48,855 nt of DNA from Bdellovibrionales bacterium (GCA_043784965.1 JAYVXS010000080.1:1-48855); one strand, 5' to 3'; counted from the first letter of the stretch, positions 8,835 to 18,979 are shown. A program made the numbers and translations. Notes: generated by a model from the sequence alone, not told the origin.

Positions 8835-9574
8835 AAAAAATCGCGACTATTATTTTTATTTCATCTCTAGCAATGGCACGAGCGCAGGCTATTGAATATA
8901 AAGAGCTTGAAGTTTATGGCTATCAAACCACCGCTCCCCGTGAACTGGAAATAGAGGCCAGCACATCGGTTAGCAGTGATAAACAACAGGGCAATTTAAG
9001 TCGGCATCTACGCTCTAGTTTTGAGCTCCAATATGGCATCACGGACCGCTGGGAAGTTACCGCCTATCTTGATTATGACAGGCCCGCAGATGAGAAATTC
9101 GAGTACTCGGCTTTTCGTGCTCATGCCCGCACGCACTTTTTTGAAAAGGGAGAGCTACCAGTAGACATTGGGGCTTATTTTGAGATTGCACTACCAAAGA
9201 ATAGAGATGAAAAAGATCTAGCTTTTGAGTTTAAACCAATAATAGAAAAAGATTTTTCACGCTGGACCATTATTTTAAATCCGCTTATTGAATTTGAGCA
9301 CCAGTTAAATGAAAAAGATCCAAATGCGACCCTTAAAGTTTGGCAAGTGGTCTATGGATTATCGACCAGTCTAGTTTATCGTTATAGTGAGACTTTCAAG
9401 CCTCACCTCGATTTAGTTCAGGGCCTGACAGATCAAGATGCTCTATTGATGCCTGCTTTCGATGTGAAACTTGCCGATAAATTGAAATTAAGCATGGGCC
9501 TTGGCTTTGCATTGAATGATCGAACCGAGCATCGTGTCGCCAATGCACGACTTGAGTATGAGGTTTATTTTTGA
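8831..9574 (+). CDS. Putative outer-membrane beta-barrel protein co-transcribed with FTR1
   Basis: The GTG start overlaps the FTR1 stop by 4 bp. It has a signal peptide (MKKIATIIFISSLAMARAQA), alternating amphipathic strands and a C-terminal ..LEYEVYF with terminal Phe, a typical OMP signature. Confidence 0.45.
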   Translation: MKKIATIIFISSLAMARAQAIEYKELEVYGYQTTAPRELEIEASTSVSSDKQQGNLSRHLRSSFELQYGITDRWEVTAYLDYDRPADEKFEYSAFRAHARTHFFEKGELPVDIGAYFEIALPKNRDEKDLAFEFKPIIEKDFSRWTIILNPLIEFEHQLNEKDPNATLKVWQVVYGLSTSLVYRYSETFKPHLDLVQGLTDQDALLMPAFDVKLADKLKLSMGLGFALNDRTEHRVANARLEYEVYF

Positions 9575-9583
9575 GGGAACGAG

Positions 9584-10357
9584 CTATAGTTTTTCTAAGA
9601 ACATCTTCACGCTTGCGATATATATTTTAGAAAATTTCTTAAGCCCTTCTAAATGATCGGCTTCAGGTATTTTTAATACCTCGACATCACAAGCTCTTGC
9701 TAGAGTAAAAAAATCATTAATGGCAGGGCTAGGAACCAGCTTGTCCTTGCCACCTCGAATTGAAAGAATGCGAAAGCCCTGGGGAAAATTTGCGAAATAG
9801 CTCTTCATTTCGGACTTAAATCCAAAGCCCCACATGGAAAATGAAAATGCGGTATAAACGCCTCTTAAGAGTCTATTTTCAATTCGGTAGGCTATTTTAT
9901 AAAGTCGCCAGGTCGCCTCAACGATTTGCAGAAATGGGCCGCTGTCACAAATAAGCCCTTTGATTTCATGCGCGCCTCGTCGGCTAATCGCTTCAATGGC
10001 AGCGGCTCCTGGCATTGAAAAGCTAAAAACAATTTTTGCGCCAGGGACTAGGTTGAGTATATCTTGAGTTTGATCGGCCCAAATTCGACGTAGACCGAGC
10101 TTGAAATCTCCACTTAACGAAATCTTTTGAGGGGTCTCAGTCATATTATACTTCAGATTGAAGCGGACGCAGTCATAACCCAATTCGTTCAACAGGCGAG
10201 CATGACGAAGCAATGTCCGCTTCGAACCGCCAAAATGATGAACGAATATTATGGTCTCTGCATATTTTTTATTAGTGGCAAGATTCCATTCGCCTTCGTG
10301 GGGCAGCTTAGAGCCCATCAAATTATTTGACAGACCCTTAGTGATCATCGCGAGCAT
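9584..10357 (-). CDS. Alpha/beta-hydrolase fold protein
   Basis: 257 aa with an oxyanion-region HHFGGS, a nucleophile-elbow-like FSFSMPG and a C-terminal ..ADH.. consistent with a Ser-Asp-His hydrolase. It overlaps the stop of the upstream E1-like gene by 20 nt, and the start is uncertain. Confidence 0.5.
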   Translation of the reverse strand: MLAMITKGLSNNLMGSKLPHEGEWNLATNKKYAETIIFVHHFGGSKRTLLRHARLLNELGYDCVRFNLKYNMTETPQKISLSGDFKLGLRRIWADQTQDILNLVPGAKIVFSFSMPGAAAIEAISRRGAHEIKGLICDSGPFLQIVEATWRLYKIAYRIENRLLRGVYTAFSFSMWGFGFKSEMKSYFANFPQGFRILSIRGGKDKLVPSPAINDFFTLARACDVEVLKIPEADHLEGLKKFSKIYIASVKMFLEKL

Positions 10358-13154
10358 GACCTGAGGTGCCCGGCGGAGCTTGCGGCCACAAGTCTTTCCA
10401 CTTTTGTGAAGCCGGGGTCTGAGTTAAACCCGCCACTTCACGTAAAACATTGGTGCCCAATTTAATTTGCTCCAGAGCAGTTTCTGATAAAACTTTACCG
10501 GTGGCCTCAACAATTGAGTCGGCATCCAAATGATGATAGCGAAAGATTTCTTCTGGTCTGCCACATTTTGAATGCTTACGAACGGCCAAACATTCGTGTC
10601 GTACGCCGACGATCGAACCTAAGTTGTCAAGAAGGCCGGGCTCCCCATCGTGAACACTGACGATCGGCACCCGTCTTCCCGCAAGTGTCATAATCTCGGC
10701 GCTGATCGAGCCGCCATTTGGAATGGGATTTAAATACAAAGATCCATCAACCCCTAAATAATTTTTTAGGTATTCATAGTTTGAGCTTGCGGCTAAATTG
10801 CCGACTAGTAGGTCAGGACTAGTAACCACAATGACATTCGCGTAAATGCCTCGCTCTAATAAAATTTCAGAAGCGCGCACGGCCTCAGTGCTGACTGAAC
10901 CCATCGAAATAAGATTGACTACATTGTCACCTGGCTCGTAGCTCGCATAAGAACGGTAATCGATCAAATAGTAGCCTCCGGCCAATACTTCTTTTCTGAT
11001 TTGTTCAAACATCTCAACTTCCGACAAATTTTCAAGACTAGATTCATCGATCGCGCCCTGCACAGGATGAGTTTTTGTGCACAATAGCGTGTCAGCAGCT
11101 ACCCCGATTTTAAAGCGCTTTTGTTTCTTCAAAGAAGTGCTGAGAAGTTTTTGCTCCATGCCGCGGGTAACGCCGCGAATAAAAACTCCAGTGCGACCTT
11201 CATTGTCGTATCCGATATGGCGCTTGACGGCATCGGCCAAAATCCATTCAAGTTCAATGCAAAACAAAGGTTCCCAAGTAATTTGATTTGGGATTTGAAA
11301 ATCAGACTTCCAACCATGTTGTGCACCTTCGGGAGAAAGCGTTACTCCAGAGGGTGTTCCAATTAGAATAAAACTTGATTGCCAATAGAGATTATAAAAA
11401 AACTGGTCATGTGCTCGTTTTACAAAAAAGTCATATACCGTCATTAGCGGTAGAATAGGGATACCCAACATACGTCTTATTTGTCCATATGAGCCAACAC
11501 AAGAGGTTACATTTCCTTCTGCGATTTCAAAGCGGATGAATCGATCTGACGCATCTTCTCCTGGGATCAAATCGGGGAGTTTTTTATCTCTGACGCCAAA
11601 ATCAGTTTCATAATCTTGGACCGTGAAGGCGCCAAATATCTTACCATCCATTGCTGGATTCAAATTGGTGCTCGTGCCAACATCGGGAGCCATAGAAACC
11701 ATCAGCTCACCAGGTAGCTTCCACGGTTTTTCATCGGCTGGCAGTGCCTTTACCGCTTCATTGGTATTGGCAATGCGGGTGAGCTTGGCAGTGCACTGAC
11801 CAAGCATCCACTGCGTATGAGGATAGCTCGCCATTTTCAAATTGATTCCAAGCGAAGTCGGGAGCTCACCAAATTCAGTAAAGCGTTTATCAAAATAGGC
11901 GCGATTTTTTTCACGCAGTGCTGCCTCCGCCTTGATGTCATTCAAAAGTTCAGCGCCACGTTCAGCACAGAATTTCGCCTCTGCAGATTTCGCATCAAAG
12001 CGCGCAAACAATACTTCTTCTTTGAGACCTTGTTTATTTTGCAGCTCGAGAATTTCATCTGGATCCGGAAGGGACGAGTGATTTCCAGGAGAGGCAGCCG
12101 AACGCAAGCCCCAGCCTTTAAGAGTATGAGCTATGATTAGCGTAGGTTTTCTCTTGTTTTCTTTGCTTTTCTCCATGGCCTCAATCAATGCCAATATGTC
12201 GTGTCCGCCAAAATCATGAAGGGCATCAAAAAATACTTGGGAATCAGTGCCTTCAACAAATTTCTTAATTTGCGGATTTTCTTGAATGACAAATTTTTTC
12301 AATTGCTCTGGACTTTCAAGCATGAGCAGCGCTTGCAATTCATAATCTTGTAAATCCTCACCTAAAAATTTCTTAAAAACTTCGCCGCCAGGTTTTGCAA
12401 AGAGAGCTTCTCGTTTTTTACCATGCTGTAACTGAATGACATCCCAGCCATTGGCCAGCATGGTTCGCTCGATACGCCGATCATCTGTGCCATTCATGAT
12501 GTTTTTATTTGTAAGGCGATGACCATCGAGACTTTGGCGATTGTAATCAACAATCCAAGTTAGGTTCCCAATTTCTCTCTCGGCAAATTCGGGAGTGCAC
12601 TCAAAAACCGAGCCTTCGCGAAACTCAGAATCCCCTAGGATGGACCAAAAGTGAGCATTTGGAACTTCAAAATTATGCTCGCGACAAAAAGTATAAGCAT
12701 GAGCTAAGTAACCGGCGTTGACCGGTGGGATGCCCACGGTTCCCGAAGGCAAATAGCCATGGTGATCGCAATCATAAGCCGAATGATAGGATTGAAAAAC
12801 CGGCTCCCCAGATTTAGAAAAAGCGCGCAAGCCGAGCATGGCCTGGTTGCATTCCTCTAAAGATAGTTTCGATAGATCAGATTTTAAAAATAAATCGAGT
12901 ACGTAGTTGTAGGAGTGATCAACAGGTGCCGCATGAGGTTTGTTGGCAATATAATCAAAGCCAGACTTCACTACTAGATGAAGTGCGCCCATAATGTGGA
13001 GTGCGCTCGCGCAAGCCGCGGGATGACCGCCAACTTTCGGATCGCCCTTTTGTTTATCGGCACGGTGATTGGCCTGATTGATCATTTGAGTTGTAAGGTA
13101 ATGAACTCGCGAACATATTGCGTCTAAAGTTTCTTTTTTAGTATTCTTTTTCAA
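10338..13154 (-). CDS. aceE: Homodimeric-type 2-oxoacid (pyruvate) dehydrogenase E1 component, AceE-like, divergent
   Basis: The 938-aa size fits single-chain E1. ThDP-fold motifs include GGHPAACASALH (compare GGH..S..S) and LGDSEFREGS (compare GDGEMDEPES), with a transketolase-like C-terminal half. Family assignment is by recognised motifs only. Confidence 0.65.
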   Translation of the reverse strand: MKKNTKKETLDAICSRVHYLTTQMINQANHRADKQKGDPKVGGHPAACASALHIMGALHLVVKSGFDYIANKPHAAPVDHSYNYVLDLFLKSDLSKLSLEECNQAMLGLRAFSKSGEPVFQSYHSAYDCDHHGYLPSGTVGIPPVNAGYLAHAYTFCREHNFEVPNAHFWSILGDSEFREGSVFECTPEFAEREIGNLTWIVDYNRQSLDGHRLTNKNIMNGTDDRRIERTMLANGWDVIQLQHGKKREALFAKPGGEVFKKFLGEDLQDYELQALLMLESPEQLKKFVIQENPQIKKFVEGTDSQVFFDALHDFGGHDILALIEAMEKSKENKRKPTLIIAHTLKGWGLRSAASPGNHSSLPDPDEILELQNKQGLKEEVLFARFDAKSAEAKFCAERGAELLNDIKAEAALREKNRAYFDKRFTEFGELPTSLGINLKMASYPHTQWMLGQCTAKLTRIANTNEAVKALPADEKPWKLPGELMVSMAPDVGTSTNLNPAMDGKIFGAFTVQDYETDFGVRDKKLPDLIPGEDASDRFIRFEIAEGNVTSCVGSYGQIRRMLGIPILPLMTVYDFFVKRAHDQFFYNLYWQSSFILIGTPSGVTLSPEGAQHGWKSDFQIPNQITWEPLFCIELEWILADAVKRHIGYDNEGRTGVFIRGVTRGMEQKLLSTSLKKQKRFKIGVAADTLLCTKTHPVQGAIDESSLENLSEVEMFEQIRKEVLAGGYYLIDYRSYASYEPGDNVVNLISMGSVSTEAVRASEILLERGIYANVIVVTSPDLLVGNLAASSNYEYLKNYLGVDGSLYLNPIPNGGSISAEIMTLAGRRVPIVSVHDGEPGLLDNLGSIVGVRHECLAVRKHSKCGRPEEIFRYHHLDADSIVEATGKVLSETALEQIKLGTNVLREVAGLTQTPASQKWKDLWPQAPPGTSGHARDDH

Positions 13155-13261
13155 GCCAATTACTCCTGGTGCATATGCGAATTTTGATTTTCGGCTTCCA
13201 TGACTATCAGAGGTGCTCGTGAGGGTAAAGCTATTAGGATATTCTTATGACAAATCGTGTT

Positions 13262-14218
13262 TTAGACACTTTTAACATCAATATCGAGTTCGCCTAATGC
13301 CTCTAAGATAAAATCCCATCTAATACGGATTTTACCATCCTCTTCAATAATTCCTTTAGGTGGATTAGGGAATGGTGCAGCTGCTCGAAAAGCCTCGACG
13401 GCAGCGTCATCGAGGTCAGTCATTCCACTTGGGCCAATGACCTGAATTTTTTCAAGCGTTCCCGACTCATTCAAAATGATAACGATTTTGGTTATTTTTT
13501 CTGAAGTCGAAGCAATAGTTCGACCCTGCCGCAATATATTGCTGACCTTTTCTTTGATCTTTGGCTCCCAATATTGGCGGAGTCTGGCTTTGATCCGATT
13601 GTAATAAGTATAGTAGATGAACTCACGAGTGCTGAGTAGAGTTTGCACTCCCATTTGAATATCCTTGATGTGATCGTCTGTGGCACTTGCGTCAGAGCCC
13701 TTCGGTTCGCTACCCACAAAAGCGTTCGGATCTGGCTTAAACTCTGGCTTTAGATCTGATAATTTTGGCAGCGCCAACTCGCCAAATTTCACTGTCAAAA
13801 GTTTTTGGTTGGCGGTTTTTGCCAGTTTTTTCTGTATGGGCTTTTCAGCTGCTGGTGGATTTTGACTGGCAGGATTCTGGGCAAATTCCTCAGAAGGTTT
13901 TGCGAAGCCAGAAGTATTTTTAAATTTTCCTGAGTTTTCAGCTTTGGTTTGCTTTTCAATGCGTTGATTATTTTTACTTAGAAATTTAGCGTCGTCAGGC
14001 AGTTCATCATTGATCGGTTTTTCACTCTGTTCGACAATTTGCCCTAAAGTTTTGTTTGGCGGTATAGTTTTTTTCAACTGGCTTTCAATCATCTGAATAT
14101 CGACATAGTTGTGTTTGTCTATTGGGATTTGCTGGCGAAAAGAAATCATTCCGATGCTTAAAAAGTGGATAAGGAGTGAGAGGGCGACTGCAATTTTAAG
14201 GCGGTGTTTTTTAAACAT
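13262..14218 (-). CDS. TonB-family energy transducer-like protein
   Basis: It has an N-terminal anchor (LKIAVALSLLIHFLSIG), a Lys/Pro/Glu-rich linker and a C-terminal TonB_C-like domain (..LDDAAVEAFRAAAPFPNPPKG..). Confidence 0.7.
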   Translation of the reverse strand: MFKKHRLKIAVALSLLIHFLSIGMISFRQQIPIDKHNYVDIQMIESQLKKTIPPNKTLGQIVEQSEKPINDELPDDAKFLSKNNQRIEKQTKAENSGKFKNTSGFAKPSEEFAQNPASQNPPAAEKPIQKKLAKTANQKLLTVKFGELALPKLSDLKPEFKPDPNAFVGSEPKGSDASATDDHIKDIQMGVQTLLSTREFIYYTYYNRIKARLRQYWEPKIKEKVSNILRQGRTIASTSEKITKIVIILNESGTLEKIQVIGPSGMTDLDDAAVEAFRAAAPFPNPPKGIIEEDGKIRIRWDFILEALGELDIDVKSV

Positions 14219-14380
14219 ATATCTGCATTTACTATCGGGTCAATGAGGCCTGGAGTTGAGTATAGTCCTAAGGGCCAGCTAAAAATTTAGCCCTTGGTCT
14301 AAAGGACAAAAAAATCAATATTGTGCACAAAAAGTGAAATAGTTCTTGGACGTCGACAGGATCGATAATAAAATCAATCA

Positions 14381-15115
14381 ATGATCATCGAAGCATGGTG
14401 TGAAACCGATGTTGGCTTAAAACGAGAAAGCAACGAGGATTCATTCTTATTAAATAAAGAGTTTGGGGTTTTTGCCGTCGCTGACGGAATGGGTGGGCAT
14501 CGAGGCGGCGAAGTCGCTTCTTCGATGGCAGTTCAAACTCTTCTACAATGTGTTGAAGCGCAAAAAAATGGAACACGTAAAGTTCAGCCTAGAGTATTGC
14601 TTTCAGAGGCCTATAAGAATGCAAGCAATCGAATTTTTGATAAATCTCGCGCTGAGTCTGCCGAGTTGGCTGGAATGGGGACGACATTAGTTGCTGCCTA
14701 TCTTTCCGATAAGACACTATTTATAGCAAATGTTGGTGACTCAAGAGCCTATCTTTATAGGTCTGGTCAAATTTGGCAGCTGACCGAAGATCACTCACTC
14801 CTCAATGAACACATTAAATTTGGGCTTATTTCAGAAGAAGACGCCGAAAATTTTCTTCAGAAAAATGTGATTACTCGTAGTGTCGGTTTTGAACGTGATG
14901 TGATGTGCGATATTTTGGAGCGAGTGGTTGAGCCTGGTGACCTAATTATTCTCTGTTCGGATGGACTTTCGGGCCTGGTCGAGGATGAAAAAATTGCTGA
15001 AATTTGCCAAAAGTTTAGTCCAGAAAAGATTGTCGACGAATGTATTCGTGTCGCTAGGAACAATGGCGGAGATGACAATATCACTGTCCTAGTTCTTTAC
15101 GCACGCCCCCAATAA
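14381..15115 (+). CDS. PP2C-family Ser/Thr protein phosphatase (Stp/PstP-like)
   Basis: Canonical motifs are present: RESNEDS, VADGMGGHRGGEVAS, NVGDSRAYL, LCSDGLS and GGDDNITVLV. Confidence 0.9.
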   Translation: MIIEAWCETDVGLKRESNEDSFLLNKEFGVFAVADGMGGHRGGEVASSMAVQTLLQCVEAQKNGTRKVQPRVLLSEAYKNASNRIFDKSRAESAELAGMGTTLVAAYLSDKTLFIANVGDSRAYLYRSGQIWQLTEDHSLLNEHIKFGLISEEDAENFLQKNVITRSVGFERDVMCDILERVVEPGDLIILCSDGLSGLVEDEKIAEICQKFSPEKIVDECIRVARNNGGDDNITVLVLYARPQ

Positions 15116-15217
15116 ATCCTAGATCTTGAACTGAAGATTGACCCAATTTGAGACAAATGTTTAAAATTAACTTAATAGATTCGAAAATTTAGCCGAAAAG
15201 ATAGTCAGTGAAGTTTA

Positions 15218-16240
15218 TTGAATATTGGAGCAAATTTGGAAAATAAAAATATCACTTTCTTGATGGTAACGAATACCAAAGGATCGACCAAAAAATGGGT
15301 GGTCTCAGCAGCTTGGCTGAAGGCTGCACTGAGTTTTTTTATTGTTTCAGTCGTCTTAATTGCCGCTTGTAGCGTTGATTATCTCGGCCTTCTAACTCAA
15401 TCAATTGAAAATAAACGTTTGCGCGCTGAAAACTTAATTTTGAAACAGCAGTTTCAAGTTGTTGAAGGTAAGTTGAATGCTCTTGAGAGCGGGCTTGAGC
15501 GAGTTAAAGGTTTTGTCACGAAGCTCAAAATGATTACCAATGTCGAGCAAGAAGATCGAAGTTTAAAACTTGCGATAGGGCCAATGCCCCGTGTTGGAAA
15601 TGTCAGCGCTGAAGGGGGAGAACTACGCGAGCCTTCTTCTATAATGCCAACAAATGCCATGAAAGATAGCGTCTTCTTCGAGAGAACTCCAACTGACGAT
15701 AATCAGGGCGAGCTTTCTGTTGAAGGTCAGCGGGACTATGCTTCACTTGCGGTGCGTATCGATCAGGCTGTTAATGAAACAATCTCACGTCAACAAAGTA
15801 TCTTAGAGCTATGGCAATCATTGGCGGAGCAACAAAGTCTAATATCAGCAACCCCAAGTATTCGTCCGACTCGTGGATGGTTTACTTCGAAGTTTGGTTA
15901 CCGCATTTCTCCTTTTACCGGTCGTCCAATGATGCATCAAGGTCTTGATATTGCGGCTTCTCCCGGTTCGCCAATTTTTGCGCCGGCTGATGGCGTTGTG
16001 AGTTTTGCGGGCTTTGATGCTGGATACGGCAAGCTAGTGTCAATTGATCACGGCTATGGAGTCGTCACTCGTTTTGGTCACACTTCGCAAATTTTTGTAG
16101 AAGTGGGCCAGAAGATTCACCGTCATGACATAGTTGCAGCCGTAGGTTCAACTGGCCGCTCAACTGGACCCCACGTCCACTACGAAGTTCGCGTGAACAA
16201 CGTTCCAGTGGATCCGCAAAATTACGTCCTAGACGAATAA
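15218..16240 (+). CDS. M23-family peptidoglycan DD-metalloendopeptidase with N-terminal anchor and coiled coil
   Basis: The C-terminal LytM domain shows HQGLDIAA..GSPIFAPADGVV...GYGKLVSIDHGYGVVTRFGHTS...GSTGRSTGPHVHYEV. The start is uncertain: TTG 15218, TTG 15236 (preceded by GGAG) or ATG 15263. Confidence 0.9.
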   Translation: MNIGANLENKNITFLMVTNTKGSTKKWVVSAAWLKAALSFFIVSVVLIAACSVDYLGLLTQSIENKRLRAENLILKQQFQVVEGKLNALESGLERVKGFVTKLKMITNVEQEDRSLKLAIGPMPRVGNVSAEGGELREPSSIMPTNAMKDSVFFERTPTDDNQGELSVEGQRDYASLAVRIDQAVNETISRQQSILELWQSLAEQQSLISATPSIRPTRGWFTSKFGYRISPFTGRPMMHQGLDIAASPGSPIFAPADGVVSFAGFDAGYGKLVSIDHGYGVVTRFGHTSQIFVEVGQKIHRHDIVAAVGSTGRSTGPHVHYEVRVNNVPVDPQNYVLDE

Positions 16241-16303
16241 TATTTATATTTCTTAAAATATTCTCTGGATGAATTTTTCAAGTTCACTTAATAAGCCAAA
16301 AAT

Positions 16304-16336
16304 AAAAAAGCGAGGCTACTAGCTTCGCTTTTTTTA
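16304..16336. terminator. Bidirectional rho-independent terminator between the M23 peptidase gene (+) and rpsI (-)
   Basis: aaaaaAGCGAGGCtactaGCTTCGCTttttttt forms a 9-bp stem (one G-U pair) with a 5-nt loop, an A-tract on the left and a T-tract on the right. Confidence 0.75.
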
Positions 16337-16355
16337 AATTTGTTGAATTTTCCCT

Positions 16356-16402
16356 TTGGCCAACTGAATTGGCCAATTCAGTTGGCCAATTCAATTGGCC
16401 AA
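16356..16402. repeat. Array of four palindromic TTGGCCAA octamers at 13-bp period
   Basis: TTGGCCAA occurs at 16356, 16369, 16382 and 16395, with spacers ctgaa, ttcag and ttcaa. The array begins 14 nt downstream of the rpsI stop on the minus strand. Confidence 0.9.
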
Positions 16403-16416
16403 AGACAACAAAAAGA

Positions 16417-16812
16417 CTATCGTTTAGAGAACTGGAAGCTCTTACGTGCGCCTGGTTTACCGTATTTTTTACGCTCGACCATTCTTGGATCACGAGTTAA
16501 GAAGCCAGCGGCTTTTAAAACTGGTCGTAGAGTTTCATCGAAAGAAACAAGTGCGCGTGAAATACCGTGGCGAATTGCGCCAGATTGGCCAGTCTCACCG
16601 CCGCCTGTAACAGTAATGAAAACATCAAACTTACTTTGATTTGAAGTCGTCAAAAAAGGTTGATTGATGACCATGCGAGAAGTTCCTTTGCTGAGGTATT
16701 TCTCAGGAGTCTTCCCGTTGATCATGATTTTTCCAGAACCTGGTTTTAAGAAAATACGAGCGGTGCTTGTTTTTCGTCTGCCAGTTGCATAAAAGAATTT
16801 TGTAGCGGCCAT
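16417..16812 (-). CDS. rpsI: 30S ribosomal protein S9
   Basis: 131 aa with [18 protein letters not shown]..., [17 protein letters not shown] and a C-terminal RKKYG..GARK.FQFSKR. Confidence 0.95.
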   Translation of the reverse strand: MAATKFFYATGRRKTSTARIFLKPGSGKIMINGKTPEKYLSKGTSRMVINQPFLTTSNQSKFDVFITVTGGGETGQSGAIRHGISRALVSFDETLRPVLKAAGFLTRDPRMVERKKYGKPGARKSFQFSKR

Positions 16813-16831
16813 GATTAAATATCTCCCTTAC

Positions 16832-17284
16832 TTATTTTGCACGAACGTTTTTTGCTTTGAGAACCAAAGGAACAGGCTTTTGAGCTGCATGAGGATGAGC
16901 AGCACCTTTGTACGCTTTGAGTTTCAATAACAAATGACGAGCTAATTTATTTTTTGGCAGCATGCCTTGAACGGCTTGCTCGATTATGAAAGCTGGATCA
17001 GCGCCACGAACTTCTTCTGCAGAGCGGGACTTTAAAGAACCAAACCAACGAGAATGGCTGTAGTATTTTTTCTCTGTCCACTTCTTGCCACCCATTTCAA
17101 TTTTTTCAGAGTTGATTACAACTACGAAATCACCAGTGTCCATATGGGGGGTAAATTCAGCTTTGTTTTTTCCACGAATGACTTGCGCGATCTCGCTGGC
17201 CATTCTACCGAGAGTGAGGCCGGTCGCATCAACGATCCACCATTTGCGCTCAACTTCGTTTTCTTTTGCATTCCAGGTTTTCAT
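16832..17284 (-). CDS. rplM: 50S ribosomal protein L13
   Basis: MKTWNAKENEVERKWWIVDA... is a typical L13 N-terminus. GGAG lies 9 nt upstream of the ATG at 17284. The longest ORF (to 17308) adds 8 unlikely residues. Confidence 0.95.
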   Translation of the reverse strand: MKTWNAKENEVERKWWIVDATGLTLGRMASEIAQVIRGKNKAEFTPHMDTGDFVVVINSEKIEMGGKKWTEKKYYSHSRWFGSLKSRSAEEVRGADPAFIIEQAVQGMLPKNKLARHLLLKLKAYKGAAHPHAAQKPVPLVLKAKNVRAK

Positions 17285-17357
17285 TACAGATCTCCGTCTT
17301 TCTTTCAACTTAGGGACAACTTAGGGTCAACTTTAGCGTTTAAACAAGTACACCTTT

Positions 17358-18128
17358 CTAGAGTTTACGGCACTTCCTGTCAAGTTCTGATGGATAATAA
17401 ACCTGAGAAAGATACAATCCTTGAGGGGGAGCCGTAGCTCCCGCTTTGCGTCTATCAAGGTAGCCGATGATTTCCTTCAATTTCTCGGGCCGATCACCAT
17501 TGAGGTTCATATCCAAGAGGGTTCCGACGATATTTCTGACCATTTGTTTCAAAAAGCCATTGCCCTGAATAATGAATTCGAGGGTATCGTGATCCTTTTG
17601 CACCCATTCGGCGCGGTAAATTTCGCGAGTTGTGGTCTTAACATCGCCCCCGGAGGTCTGAAAGCTCTTGAAATCTTTGCGACCTATCAGAAATTGCGAA
17701 GCTTCATTCAAAAAATCGATATTTAGCGGAAAGCGTACCCAATGGGTATGGCGAAACCTCAAAGCACTCGGTGTGACCCGATTCAGCACCATATAGCGAT
17801 AGGTTTTTTTGATCGAATTGGCGATTGAATGAAAGTGAGGGGGGGCTTCGAAGACATCCCGAACCACAATAGTAGGAGGAGTTAGGCGTATCAATGCATA
17901 GCGCAGATCAAATAGGCTGGGATCTCTCGGAGCATCGAAATGAGCGACCTGACCTGTGGCGTGGACGCCACTATCGGTGCGGCTTGCTCCTAAAACCGTA
18001 ATCGGGCGGCTATAAATTTTGCTCAAGGCAGCTTCAAGGGTCCCCTGAACTGATTTATGCCGAGTCTGGCGTTGCCAGCCGCAGAAATCGGCTCCGTCAT
18101 AAGAAACTATGAGTTTGGTGCGAAACAT
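17358..18128 (-). CDS. truA: tRNA pseudouridine(38-40) synthase TruA
   Basis: KLIVSYDGADFCGWQRQ, the catalytic RTDSGVHA and GNGFLKQMVRNIVG are present. The family-typical start is the internal Met at 18128. The longest ORF extends to 18242 with a non-conserved 38-aa leader. Confidence 0.9.
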   Translation of the reverse strand: MFRTKLIVSYDGADFCGWQRQTRHKSVQGTLEAALSKIYSRPITVLGASRTDSGVHATGQVAHFDAPRDPSLFDLRYALIRLTPPTIVVRDVFEAPPHFHSIANSIKKTYRYMVLNRVTPSALRFRHTHWVRFPLNIDFLNEASQFLIGRKDFKSFQTSGGDVKTTTREIYRAEWVQKDHDTLEFIIQGNGFLKQMVRNIVGTLLDMNLNGDRPEKLKEIIGYLDRRKAGATAPPQGLYLSQVYYPSELDRKCRKL

Positions 18129-18337
18129 ACCGGGTGCCGCTTGGCGAAAAGGTGTATGGGCGGCAACTTCGACGGCCGGTGCGCCACAGGTGGCGAGTTC
18201 TGGAACCATTTCAGAATCAACTTCGAGATCGGCTTCAAGCATGCTGAAGTTATTAGCAGAATTCGATGGGTAGTGCGAGAAGTAAATTATTAAAAACTAC
18301 TTATAAGAGGCCCACCTCACAACTAACTAGTCATTCT

Positions 18338-18595
18338 TTACAATCCAAATAGCGCCTCGCACTGTCTTGCAGAACTACTAATTCCACTAATATCAACCTC
18401 TGGGAGATTATATTTCAAAGCATAAATGTTTCTAATAAAGGCCTCAACCAATGTGTCTTTACCTGTCCCTGGTAAACCAAACATCCAAAAAGCTTCTGGC
18501 AACTTTCTATTACCATCTTCATCAATTGATGTTTTAACTATATCCACAAGAACAGAAACGGCATGAGGTGTTTCTCCAAAGTACCTGTATTTCAT
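18338..18595 (-). CDS. Short orphan ORF with a Walker-A-like motif (possible ATPase gene remnant)
   Basis: This 85-aa ORF contains GLPGTGKDT (GxxGxGK[ST]-like) but no Walker B or other domains. It is flanked by about 380 bp of ORF-free AT-rich DNA (18596-18979). Confidence 0.25.
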   Translation of the reverse strand: MKYRYFGETPHAVSVLVDIVKTSIDEDGNRKLPEAFWMFGLPGTGKDTLVEAFIRNIYALKYNLPEVDISGISSSARQCEALFGL

Positions 18596-18979
18596 TACAA
18601 GAAGTGAACCAACATTGAGAACAAGACGAAAATGTTTTTACCCGGGTTTTTATTTATGGAGGTCATAAGCAAAAAGATTTTTAAACAGCGCTGTCCATGT
18701 CCTGTTTTGATTTTAAAGGATCAATTGGCTTTATGATTTTGAGCACCCGCTGAGTTCGTAAGACATTTAAGCTGGTTTAAAATTTGCTATCTTAAGTAAG
18801 TTGGAGCTCGGCTTTTTGCCTTTATTTTGAGAACGAATTTGTTTGTTTCGGAGGGTCCTTGCATTTTCGAATCACGCAACGGCATTTAAAAATAGCGCTG
18901 GTCTTTACGCTTTTGGTATCAATAGCGGCGGACGAAACTGTGCCACCGGTACGAATTTTTATTCCGTTAAAACTTTGAA

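Noticed and set aside
14290-14301. 12-mer gcccttggtcta shared with 46845-46856
   Set aside because: Dozens of chance 12-mer matches are expected in a 49-kb window counting both strands, and there is no extended similarity around it.
17054-17437. 127-aa and 79-aa plus-strand ORFs over rplM
   Set aside because: They are antisense to the ribosomal protein L13 gene and the truA 3' end, so they are shadow ORFs.
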